Counted from the stretch's first letter, positions 9,115 through 18,536 are shown. The stretch: DNA of 64,000 bases from a virus (IMGVR_UViG_3300049210_000020:2834-66833), one strand, 5' to 3'. Notes: a model not told the origin generated them from the letters alone. Program-made: numbers and translations.

Positions 9115-9303
9115 TTAAGTAAAATGTTTTGAGACAACTTTGTTGCTGGTGCGTGAGCCCGCTAGCGCGTTCTCCAGGTCACGAACCTCGATGATAATAG
9201 CCATAACAAAGAAGAAGCCCGCCGCGCCAAGCATGGGCCAGACGCGAAAGCCAATGGCCGCCGCTGTAAGAATTCCGCCGCTGACTGCCGCTAATGCGCT
9301 CAT
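9115..9303 (-). CDS. Small two-helix membrane protein
   Basis: Two hydrophobic segments; ATGA coupling to XRE gene. Confidence 0.55.
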   Translation of the reverse strand: MSALAAVSGGILTAAAIGFRVWPMLGAAGFFFVMAIIIEVRDLENALAGSRTSNKVVSKHFT

Positions 9304-9506
9304 TTATTTCGCTCCTTACTGCTGCCGTTGACAATCGGCTTCTCAAACAGCCAGCGCATCAACTTTATCATCGTCACGGCATCCATGATCTCGCCGCGCT
9401 CAATGCGTGAGATCGTGCCATGCGAGACGCCTACTTCCTGCGCTAGTTCGCGAATACCTACATCGCGCTTTTGCCGCCAGCTTCGCAAGACTTCGCCAAT
9501 CTTCAT
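9300..9506 (-). CDS. XRE/Cro-family HTH regulator
   Basis: LRSWRQKRDVGIRELAQEVGVSHGTISRIERGE. Confidence 0.85.
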   Translation of the reverse strand: MKIGEVLRSWRQKRDVGIRELAQEVGVSHGTISRIERGEIMDAVTMIKLMRWLFEKPIVNGSSKERNK

Positions 9507-9512
9507 GCGGCT

Positions 9513-9541
9513 AACTTAGCATGCCCTGTCTAAGCCGTCAA
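9513..9541 (-). promoter_or_regulatory. Sigma70-type promoter giving a leaderless XRE mRNA
   Basis: TTGACG-17-TAAGTT with TGc extension; ATG 6 nt after the -10. Confidence 0.65.
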
Positions 9542-9591
9542 ACATTTTCTCTTTGCGCTGCCGCCAAGGGGGATTTGCTGGGATATGAGGC

Positions 9592-9765
9592 ATGAGCAAT
9601 GCCGACGCTAATGAACAGTATTTTACCGAGGAGCGCAAGCGGTTAGTTGAACGCATTTGCGAAACTGTAAAATCTATGCGCGGTCCTTCGCTGCGCAAAG
9701 TTGACGTTATCGGAATGATAGAACAGGCAGCGCGCCACTTTGAAAAGGGAGACTTACGACAATGA
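9592..9765 (+). CDS. Hypothetical 57-aa protein (not in track)
   Basis: MSNADANEQYFTEERKRLVERICETVKSMRGPSLRKVDVIGMIEQAARHFEKGDLRQ; ATGA overlap with next. Confidence 0.55.
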   Translation: MSNADANEQYFTEERKRLVERICETVKSMRGPSLRKVDVIGMIEQAARHFEKGDLRQ

Positions 9766-9836
9766 CGAACGCTGAGTTGTACTACCACCTACGCAAGAGC
9801 TGGGTGAGACGGTTGCTGGATTGGATTGTGGGATGA
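9762..9836 (+). CDS. 24-aa amphipathic peptide (not in track)
   Basis: MTNAELYYHLRKSWVRRLLDWIVG; GGGAG RBS; ATGA overlaps on both sides. Confidence 0.5.
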   Translation: MTNAELYYHLRKSWVRRLLDWIVG

Positions 9837-10045
9837 ACCAAGAAGAACAGCTCCGGGAGTTCATTGGCACTGACCCGCCGATACTGAATAACATCGCGGA
9901 TTTAAGTGAGGCGCTGTATTCAATTTCTGAACTGGGCATGTGGCCGGACGCCGTTGATTCCGTAAGCCCGGAACAGGCAATTCTTTGTTGGCGACTAATA
10001 GAGCGTCTTTCATCAGACAGGCTTCCCGATGAACTCCGCATGTAA
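9833..10045 (+). CDS. Hypothetical protein
   Basis: MNQEEQLREFIG...; third coupled gene of a plus-strand mini-operon. Confidence 0.55.
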   Translation: MNQEEQLREFIGTDPPILNNIADLSEALYSISELGMWPDAVDSVSPEQAILCWRLIERLSSDRLPDELRM

Positions 10046-10050
10046 CACTT

Positions 10051-10938
10051 TCACTGATTAATCCAGACGTGAAAACACCTACACCAGTCCCCGCCCGCGC
10101 AGTCAGGATTCGGCGCTGGTTGTAAGTCGTCTTCATTACCGGCACTCTGACCGTCTTCCGCTGCGCAGGGCTCGCAAACGTTCTGATCGAGTAAGGCTGA
10201 ATACTCCACTCGCTCCCACTCATCCGATCGCGCCTCGGCTTCATCACTACGCCCAATGTTGATAACTCGATTGGCTAATCCCCGTGAAGCACGGTCGATG
10301 TACGCTACCGAGCCGGTGCTGAGTTCGTTGGCGACGGTGGTAATGAGGTTGATTCCCGATTGACCTAGCAGCGCGTGTCTTGCGGCAGCATCGATAAGAC
10401 GAGACTGTACATCGTTGGTGACGCGGCTAGTCGTAAGGTCAACGAGATCGTCCAGTTCATCAAAATCACCATCATCAATAACCGCGGCCTTCGTATTCAA
10501 TTCAGCAGCAACCAGCATCCGGCCCTGATGATGAACACTAACAAGCTTGTCACTCAGATCGGTCCTTAACTCGCCCGGCGCTTGCAATACCAGCTCGTGA
10601 TAACTCGCGGGCTTTAACTTCTTGATGCGCCGCAATCCATCAGTGATGAGATCTGCGCGCAGTCGTAGCAACACAGTCCCGATAGATTCTTTGGCTGACT
10701 CCTGTGCGCCGTGAATTCCCTTGACTGCGATCTTCTCGTGCTCTTTAGGTTCGCGAGAGAGAGTCAATCCCTCCCATTCGAAGGATTTCTTCTCGAGATG
10801 ATTTAGACCGAGATGTGTATAGAACGCGGTTGCCTTTTCTTCGCCGTGTTCTGTGATGCACTTCTGCCAGAAAGAGGCGTGACGCGCCGCTACGAGCGCA
10901 TCTATTCTGAGTTTGAGGATCTTTTGTTGAAGGCTCAT
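10051..10938 (-). CDS. Minor head morphogenesis protein (Mu gpF / SPP1 gp7-like)
   Basis: C-terminal RVEYSALLDQNVCEPCAAEDG...PNPDC...CRC; lies after portal. Confidence 0.75.
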   Translation of the reverse strand: MSLQQKILKLRIDALVAARHASFWQKCITEHGEEKATAFYTHLGLNHLEKKSFEWEGLTLSREPKEHEKIAVKGIHGAQESAKESIGTVLLRLRADLITDGLRRIKKLKPASYHELVLQAPGELRTDLSDKLVSVHHQGRMLVAAELNTKAAVIDDGDFDELDDLVDLTTSRVTNDVQSRLIDAAARHALLGQSGINLITTVANELSTGSVAYIDRASRGLANRVINIGRSDEAEARSDEWERVEYSALLDQNVCEPCAAEDGQSAGNEDDLQPAPNPDCAGGDWCRCFHVWINQ

Positions 10939-10940
10939 AT

Positions 10941-11139
10941 TCAGTCCATTACAACGCCATCTAGGTTGGTTTCTCCGATTACTCCCGCCGCGATTGCGTC
11001 ACGGATAAACTGATCGGGACGATTACCCGTCACGGCAAAATGCTTCTTTTCCAGCGCATCAATCAGGACGGAAGCCGAAGCGCCCTTCAAACTCCGCGAG
11101 CGGCATTTTGATCACATCTTCCACCGTCGGATCGTCCAT
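10941..11139 (-). pseudogene. Small ORF with apparent +1 insertion
   Basis: MDDPTVEDVIK...GFRPD then DALEKKHFAVTGNRP...VVMD in +1 frame; length is 3n+1; extra T near 11061. Confidence 0.45.
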
Positions 11140-11143
11140 CTCC

Positions 11144-11347
11144 TTATGCTCTCTTTCTCATGGCATACTCACCGCCGAGGTTTTCTCTCAACGTAAGGAT
11201 TTTTGCCGTCCCTTTTGTCGCGTGCCGAATCTCGCCGTTCGGTAATATCCTGATAGTTTGATCATCGTCCCATGAATTCTCTTTATTCAAGAGCGTTTCG
11301 ATCTCAGCAATGGTTAGCCGTTTTTCCGTGGTTGCATCATCCGCCAT
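11144..11347 (-). CDS. Hypothetical protein
   Basis: Operon position, plausible composition. Confidence 0.55.
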   Translation of the reverse strand: MADDATTEKRLTIAEIETLLNKENSWDDDQTIRILPNGEIRHATKGTAKILTLRENLGGEYAMRKRA

Positions 11348-11588
11348 TAGCCGTTACCTCCATATTGATGCGTCCGCACGCCCGACACTGTTCGCCCTCT
11401 GTGATACAGCCACGACATAACATGCAGGCATCGTCGTTGCCGCAATGAAATTGTCCGCGATGTTTGCCGTTTATTGGCTTTTCTCCCACGCTGCACATTG
11501 AACATTTACCGTGCTTTAGATGCCAGCGCTCCCGCGCAACCGCGACTGCTTTACCGAGCGCCGTTTCCGGCAGAATGATCTCGTTCAC
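11337..11588 (-). CDS. Cys-rich zinc-binding protein
   Basis: CSMC, CMLCRGC, CRACG; coupled to portal stop. Confidence 0.55.
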   Translation of the reverse strand: MNEIILPETALGKAVAVARERWHLKHGKCSMCSVGEKPINGKHRGQFHCGNDDACMLCRGCITEGEQCRACGRINMEVTANGG

Positions 11589-13063
11589 TTCGGAAGCTCA
11601 AACCCTTTCATCTGTGCTTCCAGCCCTTCAAATAGCCTCTCAATGTCCAGTAGCTTAGCTAGTGCTTCTTGATCCACCGGCGTAGTCAGCGGCGTTTCCT
11701 CAGGCGGCTTGGTTGCCATCTCAATCAATCGCTCCGGTGACATTGGAGAGGCTATACCCGGCACCATGCGGATGTCTCCGAGGGGTGCGCCGAGAGTTTT
11801 TTTACCGATTGCGGTGTAAAACTGGTCAATCGTGCTTGCGCCGGAGCGAAAAACTTCCGATTCGCGCTTGACCAAGGCGTCTTTGTCTTCTTCCAACACG
11901 CGGACGTTCGTTGTATCAAACCAGAATTGATCATCTTCAGTTAAGTCCGAGAATTCCGGCTTAAGCTGCCAGTTGATCTCTTCTTCCCAAACGCTTTGAA
12001 TGGGGATAATTACTTCTTCATAGCCCTGTTGACGCGCCTGCTCAGAAGATGCATAAGAAGTGCCATTCTGCAAGCCTACGAGCAGTCCCAGTGTCGGGGC
12101 AGGAATTTGTAAGACGGCTGCTACCCGTGACTCGGGAATAAGCCTAAGCGCTGATAAATCCAACTCCTGCGGGCTAAACCCTATTTTCTCAAAATCAATC
12201 GGCTCGCTCAGCACGATCGGCTCCCCGGCCCGATCGCCTGTCGTCTTCCGCATCCAGCCCTCTTTCATCGCCGCGGCCTTCGTCGCGTCAACCCGCACTT
12301 CCTTATCCTTGGGCGAGATCACTGGTACCTGAATGCCCATGTTTTTCATGATCGCGGCAGTGAACTGTGCCATCTTGTCGTCGCCGTAGAGTTCCTTGAC
12401 GAGCGGGGCAAAGGGTTGGCGAGTGCGTCGATCCTCGCCTAAAGGACCGCGTTTAAGGTGAAGTATATCAGGCGCCGGCCATAGCACTGGAGCCTTACCA
12501 GGGACATCAAACTGATAGTGCGAGAGGAATGAATCTAGAGATGTTTCACGTGGAACCTCGGGTGAGCCTCCGTCCCCCGGCCATCGCGGGCGGATTAGGT
12601 AGTGGGGAATATGCCACAGTTCGATTAGCTGCCCGCCTACGTCGCGAACCTTCTTGAACCTGACCCCACCGTCGATCCACCAGTCGATTGAGGCTGCCTG
12701 CGAGTAGTTGGCCCAGATGTGGTGCTTGTTGGGGCGCCGGACGAGTTGCGCGAGAGGGTGGTTGGGGTCGATCTGCGTGTCGCCGTCTTCATTGGTACGT
12801 CGGATGACGGGTTTAGCCTCGGGCAGCCGCGTGCCGGTGTAGTTGAACACGCAGGCGACAAGGGAGTGACCGTCGAGATTGCCTACTTCGCGCTTATAAT
12901 CAACGGTTGCAGGTGGGTTCCAATGATTCCAACGGAAACGATAGTCGGGGAAGTTATCGTACGTGTTGGCCTGAGCGAAGTCCGGAGCTGGAGAGGCAGC
13001 TTTCTGCTCGGTTAAAGCACGATAAGCTTTGGAGATACGGTTGATGAGACTGAATTCAGCCAT
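11585..13063 (-). CDS. Portal protein (HK97-type)
   Basis: LVACVFNYTGTRLPEAKP, HPLAQLVRRPN, ELWHIP, DILHLK, IVLSEPIDFEKIGFSPQELDLSALRLIPESRVAAVLQIP; follows TerL. Confidence 0.9.
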   Translation of the reverse strand: MAEFSLINRISKAYRALTEQKAASPAPDFAQANTYDNFPDYRFRWNHWNPPATVDYKREVGNLDGHSLVACVFNYTGTRLPEAKPVIRRTNEDGDTQIDPNHPLAQLVRRPNKHHIWANYSQAASIDWWIDGGVRFKKVRDVGGQLIELWHIPHYLIRPRWPGDGGSPEVPRETSLDSFLSHYQFDVPGKAPVLWPAPDILHLKRGPLGEDRRTRQPFAPLVKELYGDDKMAQFTAAIMKNMGIQVPVISPKDKEVRVDATKAAAMKEGWMRKTTGDRAGEPIVLSEPIDFEKIGFSPQELDLSALRLIPESRVAAVLQIPAPTLGLLVGLQNGTSYASSEQARQQGYEEVIIPIQSVWEEEINWQLKPEFSDLTEDDQFWFDTTNVRVLEEDKDALVKRESEVFRSGASTIDQFYTAIGKKTLGAPLGDIRMVPGIASPMSPERLIEMATKPPEETPLTTPVDQEALAKLLDIERLFEGLEAQMKGFELPK

Positions 13064-14302
13064 TTAGAACATTTCTAGATCTCGAGAAGCCTGCGCTAGA
13101 CCTAACTCCGTCATTGCCCAAACCAACGCATCCATTCTGTTTGGGCTTGGATCTCCCGGCGTCCACAGACACATTTCATCCTCTAACTGTGGGAATGAAC
13201 CAACGTGATGTGCCCTGCCATGTTCGTAAACGCTGGCAATCGGCTCTGCTCGCGTCTGCTTTCCCCGCGAGGCGTGCACTAATTTAACACGGATGGTTGG
13301 ATCTACAGTGGAAATTGTTAGCGAGACCATCTCCCCGCCGTTATTGGCCTCGGCTACAATACAGTCAGCCTCATGGCGTCTATAAGCATTAACTGCTGCC
13401 GTAGCCCATGTTTTAGGCGAGCCCTGTACGGAGTTATCAGCCAACACGTAGCCAACATTTATCAACTTCCCGGCTGTAACAATACCCGCCTCATCTCCAG
13501 TTGATGACGCCGAAGGATCAACGGCTACCACGATTCTATCTAAGTCCGGTCCCATATCAACCCGTAACTGCTCCACTAAATCTCGTTTCCACAATGCTCC
13601 GGGTGATTCGTCAATGTCCTCCGCTTTGATTTCCATGCGGTAAGACAGCGCGGTCATGTCGGAGGTAATTTCACTTAGCGCCTCTTCGCTGATGTGCGGG
13701 TTGTCGTGCGAGGTGAAGTGAAACGTTGCCCATCTGTCACCCTGCTTAGATCTTACCTCGGCCTTCTTGTAGAGCTTAGCCGCGTGCTGCGGATCGTTTG
13801 CCTTGCTAACGCTGCGAGATCTTAAACTCGGTGGCGTGTAGATGAATACAGCATCTCCGTTGTTATCGAGCAGCATCGGAGCGCCCACAACTTCCCACGC
13901 TTCCTCGTTCATCAACTGCCACTCATCAAGATAGAGGTCGTCAGCGTAGTCACCGCGTAAGGTATCGGCATTCCACGCCGTTTTCGCCTTAATGCGCTGC
14001 TCCGTGCCAACCAACTCTATCGTATGCTCGCTCTCGTTCTTGCGAAACACTCCTGCCTCAATTGGCTCATGAAGCGCACGGCATACCGTCACCCAAAATC
14101 GTCCGATTTGCTCCGCTGTGGGGGCCGCGTAGAGTTGTCTCCTGCCTGCGAGGAATCGGTTTACCGCACGTACCGCAACACCGACAGTCTTTCCACCACG
14201 CCTGCCGGCGCGGACCACGATGCGTTTAGCGGTACTATCTACGAATTGGGCTTGTTTAGGATGAGGTAAAGGAAGTTTGACGGTAACAGAACGAGCAATC
14301 AT
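13064..14302 (-). CDS. terL: Terminase large subunit
   Basis: RAGRRGGKT (Walker A), LRGDYADDLYLDEWQ (Walker B), IVVAVDPS nuclease, VAEANNGG, SPNRMDALVWA. Confidence 0.92.
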   Translation of the reverse strand: MIARSVTVKLPLPHPKQAQFVDSTAKRIVVRAGRRGGKTVGVAVRAVNRFLAGRRQLYAAPTAEQIGRFWVTVCRALHEPIEAGVFRKNESEHTIELVGTEQRIKAKTAWNADTLRGDYADDLYLDEWQLMNEEAWEVVGAPMLLDNNGDAVFIYTPPSLRSRSVSKANDPQHAAKLYKKAEVRSKQGDRWATFHFTSHDNPHISEEALSEITSDMTALSYRMEIKAEDIDESPGALWKRDLVEQLRVDMGPDLDRIVVAVDPSASSTGDEAGIVTAGKLINVGYVLADNSVQGSPKTWATAAVNAYRRHEADCIVAEANNGGEMVSLTISTVDPTIRVKLVHASRGKQTRAEPIASVYEHGRAHHVGSFPQLEDEMCLWTPGDPSPNRMDALVWAMTELGLAQASRDLEMF

Positions 14303-14883
14303 TTCGGGGTTTCATATACCACGCTGACTTGAATTGGACCGCCGTTGACGCCACTAACCTCCTGACGATCATTCAAGAGCTTATGGTATTTCCCGAGATC
14401 TCTTAGCGCTTCGTGGGCACTGTATAGTTCAAACTCTACCTCCTCATAAACGAGGGAAGTTTCTAGCGTCTCACGATCTTTTCCGTCGCCTTCGGTTACT
14501 GTATCAATCTGTTTTGAGGTCCGCTTGCTTTTGATCTTCTTGAGCAGCCCTGCCCTTTGCAGCTTTCTTGCGGTCTTCAAATCAAACTTACCGTCTTCGT
14601 CAAGGAAGTCTGTTACTTCACCGCGAGCGATCTTAGACAGCCTTGCCAGCACTTCATTGGCTGACATTGCGGCTTCGTTTAACCGTTCCTGTACAATAGA
14701 TGCTATCTTAGGATTCCTTAGGTTTTCATGGCCTGTCACGCCCAATACGTTATCATTACCCTCATATCCCGCCTCACGAGCCGCTTCCGTGGCGTTGAAC
14801 CCGTTTGACAAGTAAGCGTTAATGAAAGCTTGTTGTTTTCCGGTGAGTCCTTCCATTGCGGAGTCAGGATACCATACACTCAC
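14299..14883 (-). CDS. terS: Terminase small subunit
   Basis: LTGKQQAFINAYLSNGFNATEAAREAGY...ENLRNPKI...EALRDLGKYH; alternative start ATG 14856. Confidence 0.9.
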   Translation of the reverse strand: MSVWYPDSAMEGLTGKQQAFINAYLSNGFNATEAAREAGYEGNDNVLGVTGHENLRNPKIASIVQERLNEAAMSANEVLARLSKIARGEVTDFLDEDGKFDLKTARKLQRAGLLKKIKSKRTSKQIDTVTEGDGKDRETLETSLVYEEVEFELYSAHEALRDLGKYHKLLNDRQEVSGVNGGPIQVSVVYETPK

Positions 14884-15120
14884 TCATCGTTCCTGCTCCT
14901 GTGGTTGGGCGAGCACCAGCCTCTGCGGAGTTCCACGTCCGTACAGCCACAACTCAGGCGGATGGCCGCAGTTATCTTCATCACAGTATGAGAAACAAGA
15001 CCAAACCCAATGCGCTACCGATCCGTCTGAGCACTGCCATTGCCGCGACTGACGATTATAGCGCCAGCTACCGCCAACGGCATTAGCAATCGCCTGAGTT
15101 GTGGACACTCTCTCACTCAT
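14884..15120 (-). CDS. Hypothetical protein
   Basis: Coupled ORF upstream of TerS. Confidence 0.5.
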   Translation of the reverse strand: MSERVSTTQAIANAVGGSWRYNRQSRQWQCSDGSVAHWVWSCFSYCDEDNCGHPPELWLYGRGTPQRLVLAQPQEQER

Positions 15121-15281
15121 CCTTCATTGCTCCGGTGGCTGGGATTCATTACCGCTGTAACCATGAACGGACGCGGCTTGTGCTCATTCTCCCGCGCTTT
15201 TGCCTTATTGCGCTGCCGGATCTCTTCATTGCGGACTAATCGCCGTTCGCGCTTACTGTCAACGTTGTGTTTCGTGCTCAT
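15117..15281 (-). CDS. Basic 54-aa protein (not in track)
   Basis: MSTKHNVDSKRERRLVRNEEIRQRNK...; ATGA overlap. Confidence 0.45.
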   Translation of the reverse strand: MSTKHNVDSKRERRLVRNEEIRQRNKAKARENEHKPRPFMVTAVMNPSHRSNEG

Positions 15282-15298
15282 TTCCTGCTCCGGTGTAA

Positions 15299-15484
15299 TT
15301 AACCAACTAATCGAATCTCTCGCTCCACTAACGCCGTTGTGCGCCGCTCGCCACTCTCCGTCACGGTGTAATACCAGTCCTGGCCACGCAGGTCTGTGGT
15401 GACACGGGTAACTGTCTCCGTATCGAGAATGTCTCCCGCGAGACGATAAACCTTCTGGCCGATTGCATATTTAGCTGTGCTCAT
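15299..15484 (-). CDS. Hypothetical protein (SH3/KOW-like)
   Basis: AKYAIGQKVY...; coupled to HTH gene. Confidence 0.55.
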   Translation of the reverse strand: MSTAKYAIGQKVYRLAGDILDTETVTRVTTDLRGQDWYYTVTESGERRTTALVEREIRLVG

Positions 15485-15687
15485 TTCGCCTCTCTCCGTG
15501 GTCTGCCCGCGTTCTTCACGCTGCGCTCGTTCGGCTGAAACTTATCCAGCTCACTGCGCTTGATACCAACTACCGCGACGTTAGTCGAAGTCGCCTTTAA
15601 CTTCCCGGTTTCAATGGCGATGTAAATCGCCTGTCGCGATACGCCTTTGATTTCCGCGGCTTCTGTCACTGTTAGTATCTCGCTCAT
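15481..15687 (-). CDS. Excisionase-type HTH DNA-binding protein
   Basis: ILTVTEAAEIKGVSRQAIYIAIETGKLKA. Confidence 0.8.
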   Translation of the reverse strand: MSEILTVTEAAEIKGVSRQAIYIAIETGKLKATSTNVAVVGIKRSELDKFQPNERSVKNAGRPRREAK

Positions 15688-15696
15688 TTCCCGGAT

Positions 15697-15770
15697 AAGT
15701 TACATGCTTAAAAATAATTTGTCAACAGGTAAAATAAGTCATTGACAGGTGTCAAATTGTCGAGTATAGT
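15697..15770. promoter_or_regulatory. Divergent promoter pair with palindromic operator
   Basis: Plus: TTGACA(15742)-17-TATAGT. Minus: TTGACA(15725)-17-TAACTT. Palindrome TTGACA-GG-TGTCAA at 15742-15755. Confidence 0.8.
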
Positions 15771-15816
15771 CCCTCTCACGATGACAACGAACGACACAAC
15801 GCGAGGAGATAAGACG

Positions 15817-16008
15817 ATGACGAAACCATTGAGTAACCCTACATACAACCGCGCGGTCAGATGGATCGCTTACAACGACAACGACGCCGAACTAGACCAA
15901 GCGGCGATTGAGGAATACGTAACCGTGGCGCTCGTAGCCGATCTATTTGGCAAGGAAACCACGCAAGTCGCTAAAGACGTATTCAACGTTCGGAAAACTG
16001 AGCTCTAG
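15817..16008 (+). CDS. Hypothetical early protein
   Basis: GAGGAG RBS, ATG 15817. Confidence 0.6.
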   Translation: MTKPLSNPTYNRAVRWIAYNDNDAELDQAAIEEYVTVALVADLFGKETTQVAKDVFNVRKTEL

Positions 16009-16036
16009 CCGCTCTCTCGTCTTAACGAAAGGGGAG

Positions 16037-16372
16037 TTGACGATAGTGGACAACGAAACAATTACACTTCAAACAGGCGATTTCATCGCGAAGGGAGTCT
16101 GGATCTGGCATGGAACCAAGACCGTTGCAATCGCAGATAGTCCAGTTATCGCTATGCAGATTGCGTCGGACTTGAACATCGTGCCGTTACTCGTAGCGGC
16201 GCTTAAGGAAGCCCTCTTTGAAGCCGAAATCTCAACTCTGCTCTGGCACCAATCGCGAGGATTTGTCGGCACCGTAGAGGACGCTTACGACAAGGGACTG
16301 ATGCCGCCTGCGTTTGTACGCGCTCGCGCCGCCCTTGCCGCCGTGGGCCGAGAGGGAGAGGAGCGCAAGTGA
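16037..16372 (+). CDS. Hypothetical protein
   Basis: GGGGAG RBS before TTG 16037/GTG 16046. Confidence 0.5.
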   Translation: MTIVDNETITLQTGDFIAKGVWIWHGTKTVAIADSPVIAMQIASDLNIVPLLVAALKEALFEAEISTLLWHQSRGFVGTVEDAYDKGLMPPAFVRARAALAAVGREGEERK

Positions 16373-16626
16373 ATTATCGTGAAATGTACCAAGCACTGCC
16401 ACCTAAAGCCCAACGGGCTATTAGACAGTTGATGCGGGCTATTCTGGAGTGCGATACGCGACATCCAGTAGTGCGAAATCAGACCTGTACTTCGAGCCTG
16501 GAAACTGGAATAGCGAAGATTTTGCAATGTACCGGGGAAATCAAAAAGTCAGACGAGGAGAGCCGCGCTCCTACTGGATACCTGCGTTCTGCTCCGTATG
16601 TCTACGAGGAGGACTTACGACAATGA
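16369..16626 (+). CDS. Hypothetical protein
   Basis: GTGA coupling. Confidence 0.5.
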   Translation: MNYREMYQALPPKAQRAIRQLMRAILECDTRHPVVRNQTCTSSLETGIAKILQCTGEIKKSDEESRAPTGYLRSAPYVYEEDLRQ

Positions 16627-16823
16627 TCCACCACTTCCCCAAACCACTCAGGCTGACCATCGACGATCAGATTGAGACTCGCATCTATCAGGCTAAGCAA
16701 TCAATGAGGTTTCCCTGCGATGAGGAGACGACAGCAAAGTTGAAGCGGATGATCACGCTGGACGCGAGTGCGAAGATCCCGTGGTGGAGACGGTTGCTGA
16801 GATGGCTGGAGAGAATCAAATGA
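16623..16823 (+). CDS. Hypothetical protein
   Basis: ATGA coupling; amphipathic C-terminus WWRRLLRWLE. Confidence 0.5.
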   Translation: MIHHFPKPLRLTIDDQIETRIYQAKQSMRFPCDEETTAKLKRMITLDASAKIPWWRRLLRWLERIK

Positions 16824-17122
16824 AGTGCCCTTACTGCAATCACGACGCAGAGCTTGTCACCGGAGCAGTAGTCTATCCGCGCTTGCCGTGGTTACATGAG
16901 AAGTTGTTCTATTCCTGTTTACCTTGCAACGCTTACGTCGGCTGTCACGATGGCACCGTACGCCCACTGGGCCGACTGGCAAATGCCGAGCTACGCGCTG
17001 TCAGGATGGCCGCACATGCTGCCCTTGATCCGATCTGGAAGTCACGCCAGTTAACTCGCACCGCTGCTTTACCGCTGGCTGGCAAGGGAGCTGCGAGTCG
17101 GGATAACGGATTGCCACGGTGA
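16820..17122 (+). CDS. Zinc-finger phage protein (DUF3268-like), C-terminus apparently frameshifted
   Basis: CPYC...CLPCNAYVGCH...PLGRLANAELR...AHAALDPIWK; family-like AYRWLARELR continues in +1 frame after TTT at 17068-17070. Confidence 0.65.
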   Translation: MKCPYCNHDAELVTGAVVYPRLPWLHEKLFYSCLPCNAYVGCHDGTVRPLGRLANAELRAVRMAAHAALDPIWKSRQLTRTAALPLAGKGAASRDNGLPR

Positions 17123-17352
17123 AATGCAAGCCCTGCAACGGGACTGGCCGCATTCCAGATCGACGCGCAATAGGGAAGAGATTCAACGCGATGCGTCGAG
17201 ACGCGAGGTTAACGTTGAGAGCGGTAGCGGTGAAAATGGGCATCAGCGTTAGCTACCTGAGTGATATGGAGCAGGGGCGCAAAAACTGGAGCCGAGAGAG
17301 AGTCCGACAGTTTGAGGACGTGGTTAGACCAAAGAATGGAGCGAAGAAATGA
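17119..17352 (+). CDS. XRE-family HTH protein with N-terminal CxxCxGxG
   Basis: CKPCNGTG; RRDARLTLRAVAVKMGISVSYLSDMEQG. Confidence 0.8.
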   Translation: MKCKPCNGTGRIPDRRAIGKRFNAMRRDARLTLRAVAVKMGISVSYLSDMEQGRKNWSRERVRQFEDVVRPKNGAKK

Positions 17353-17832
17353 GCGAACCGATTAAGCAGATGCACAGAGACATCGAGATCATACTGCTCG
17401 AAGATGAAAACGTCTGGCAGTTCACCGTCAACGGACGCCAGCGTAAAGCGCCAACATTACCAAAGGCGCGCGAGTATATTGACAACGCGCTGGATCGGAT
17501 TGAGACAAAGAAGGAAAAGCCGTGGGAGCCGATTGATGCTTACTTTCCTTGATTCGTATCCGAACTCGTTGGGTAATCTGCAAAAGGGGAAAATTACATC
17601 TGTCGCCGGGAGAGACTACCGAGGCCGCGATGAGGTGTGGTTTTCATCTGACAAGGCCGGACGCCGCAAGGTATCCATAGCCTCAATGGTAGCTGTGTCT
17701 GACAGTAACAATGTGATTCTTGCGCGATTGAAGGAAAACGAAAAAGAGCAAGACAGACTGGCCGAGGCTTTCAGGCGCGACGCTCGGCTACTATTGCGAG
17801 TGGAGTTACCAAAGAATGGCGACGGCGAGTAA
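17349..17832 (+). CDS. Hypothetical protein spanning a +1 frame change
   Basis: ORF 17349-17552 ends TAC TTT CCT TGA; protein-like sequence continues in +1 frame to 17832. Confidence 0.45.
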
Positions 17833-17882
17833 TCGCACTTCCCCCGCGTCAGGAACCGAGTTGAGGGAGGAGAGGTTGAGCG

Positions 17883-18164
17883 ATGGCAAGTGTATTTGCA
17901 ATAAAGTTGACCGAGGCCGGGCTAGGCGCAAAAGACGGTCTGATTCAAGACGTACTCGACGATCAGCTTATGGTTGTGCGTCAAGCGCTTAACGGGCTAG
18001 TTCGCTACTACCTATCGACCGGACCATGCTGGTGTCCTTCACGGATGAATACATACGATGAGTGGTACACGCCGGGAGAGCACGGCGAAGACTGCGACCG
18101 AGCGCGAACTCTGTACGAGCAGTTAAAAATTGAAGAGGCAGCATCAGTTGAAAAGGAGCTCTAG
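17883..18164 (+). CDS. Hypothetical protein
   Basis: GGAGAGG RBS. Confidence 0.55.
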   Translation: MASVFAIKLTEAGLGAKDGLIQDVLDDQLMVVRQALNGLVRYYLSTGPCWCPSRMNTYDEWYTPGEHGEDCDRARTLYEQLKIEEAASVEKEL

Positions 18165-18271
18165 AAATGAACTGGTCAGACGATGCGCAGGCAGGGGCGA
18201 ATAGTGGCCGCTGAGCTACGTCGCAGAGTTGATCGGCTGATGGCTACGACCACCACCAAGGAGCACGAAGG

Positions 18272-18529
18272 ATGAGCAGGAAGAAATCTATCACAGCTAA
18301 AAGCACGGCAGATGAGCTAGACAGCGGCGAATACCCGAAGCGATTTGAGATCGTCGTTGACCGTCATCCCGAAGATCCGACGAAGGTACTGGTTACACGC
18401 ACTTGTGACAATATGAGTGGATTTGAACTCTACGGATTATTGCAAGTGGTATTGCGGGCCGTGGAAATGCAGATCACGTTCCCTGAGATTCGACGCTCTG
18501 ATGGCTACAGACTAGAACGAGAGGAGTAG
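18272..18529 (+). CDS. Hypothetical protein
   Basis: Plausible composition, RBS. Confidence 0.55.
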   Translation: MSRKKSITAKSTADELDSGEYPKRFEIVVDRHPEDPTKVLVTRTCDNMSGFELYGLLQVVLRAVEMQITFPEIRRSDGYRLEREE

Positions 18530-18536
18530 ATGGCCC

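Noticed and set aside
9516-10256. Minus-strand ORFs 9516-9788, 9754-10041, 9861-10256
   Set aside because: Poor composition; better explained by three coupled plus-strand genes and the gpF gene.
15481-15687. Excisionase implying a prophage
   Set aside because: The Xis-type HTH fold is common in regulators; no integrase or att-like repeat was found.
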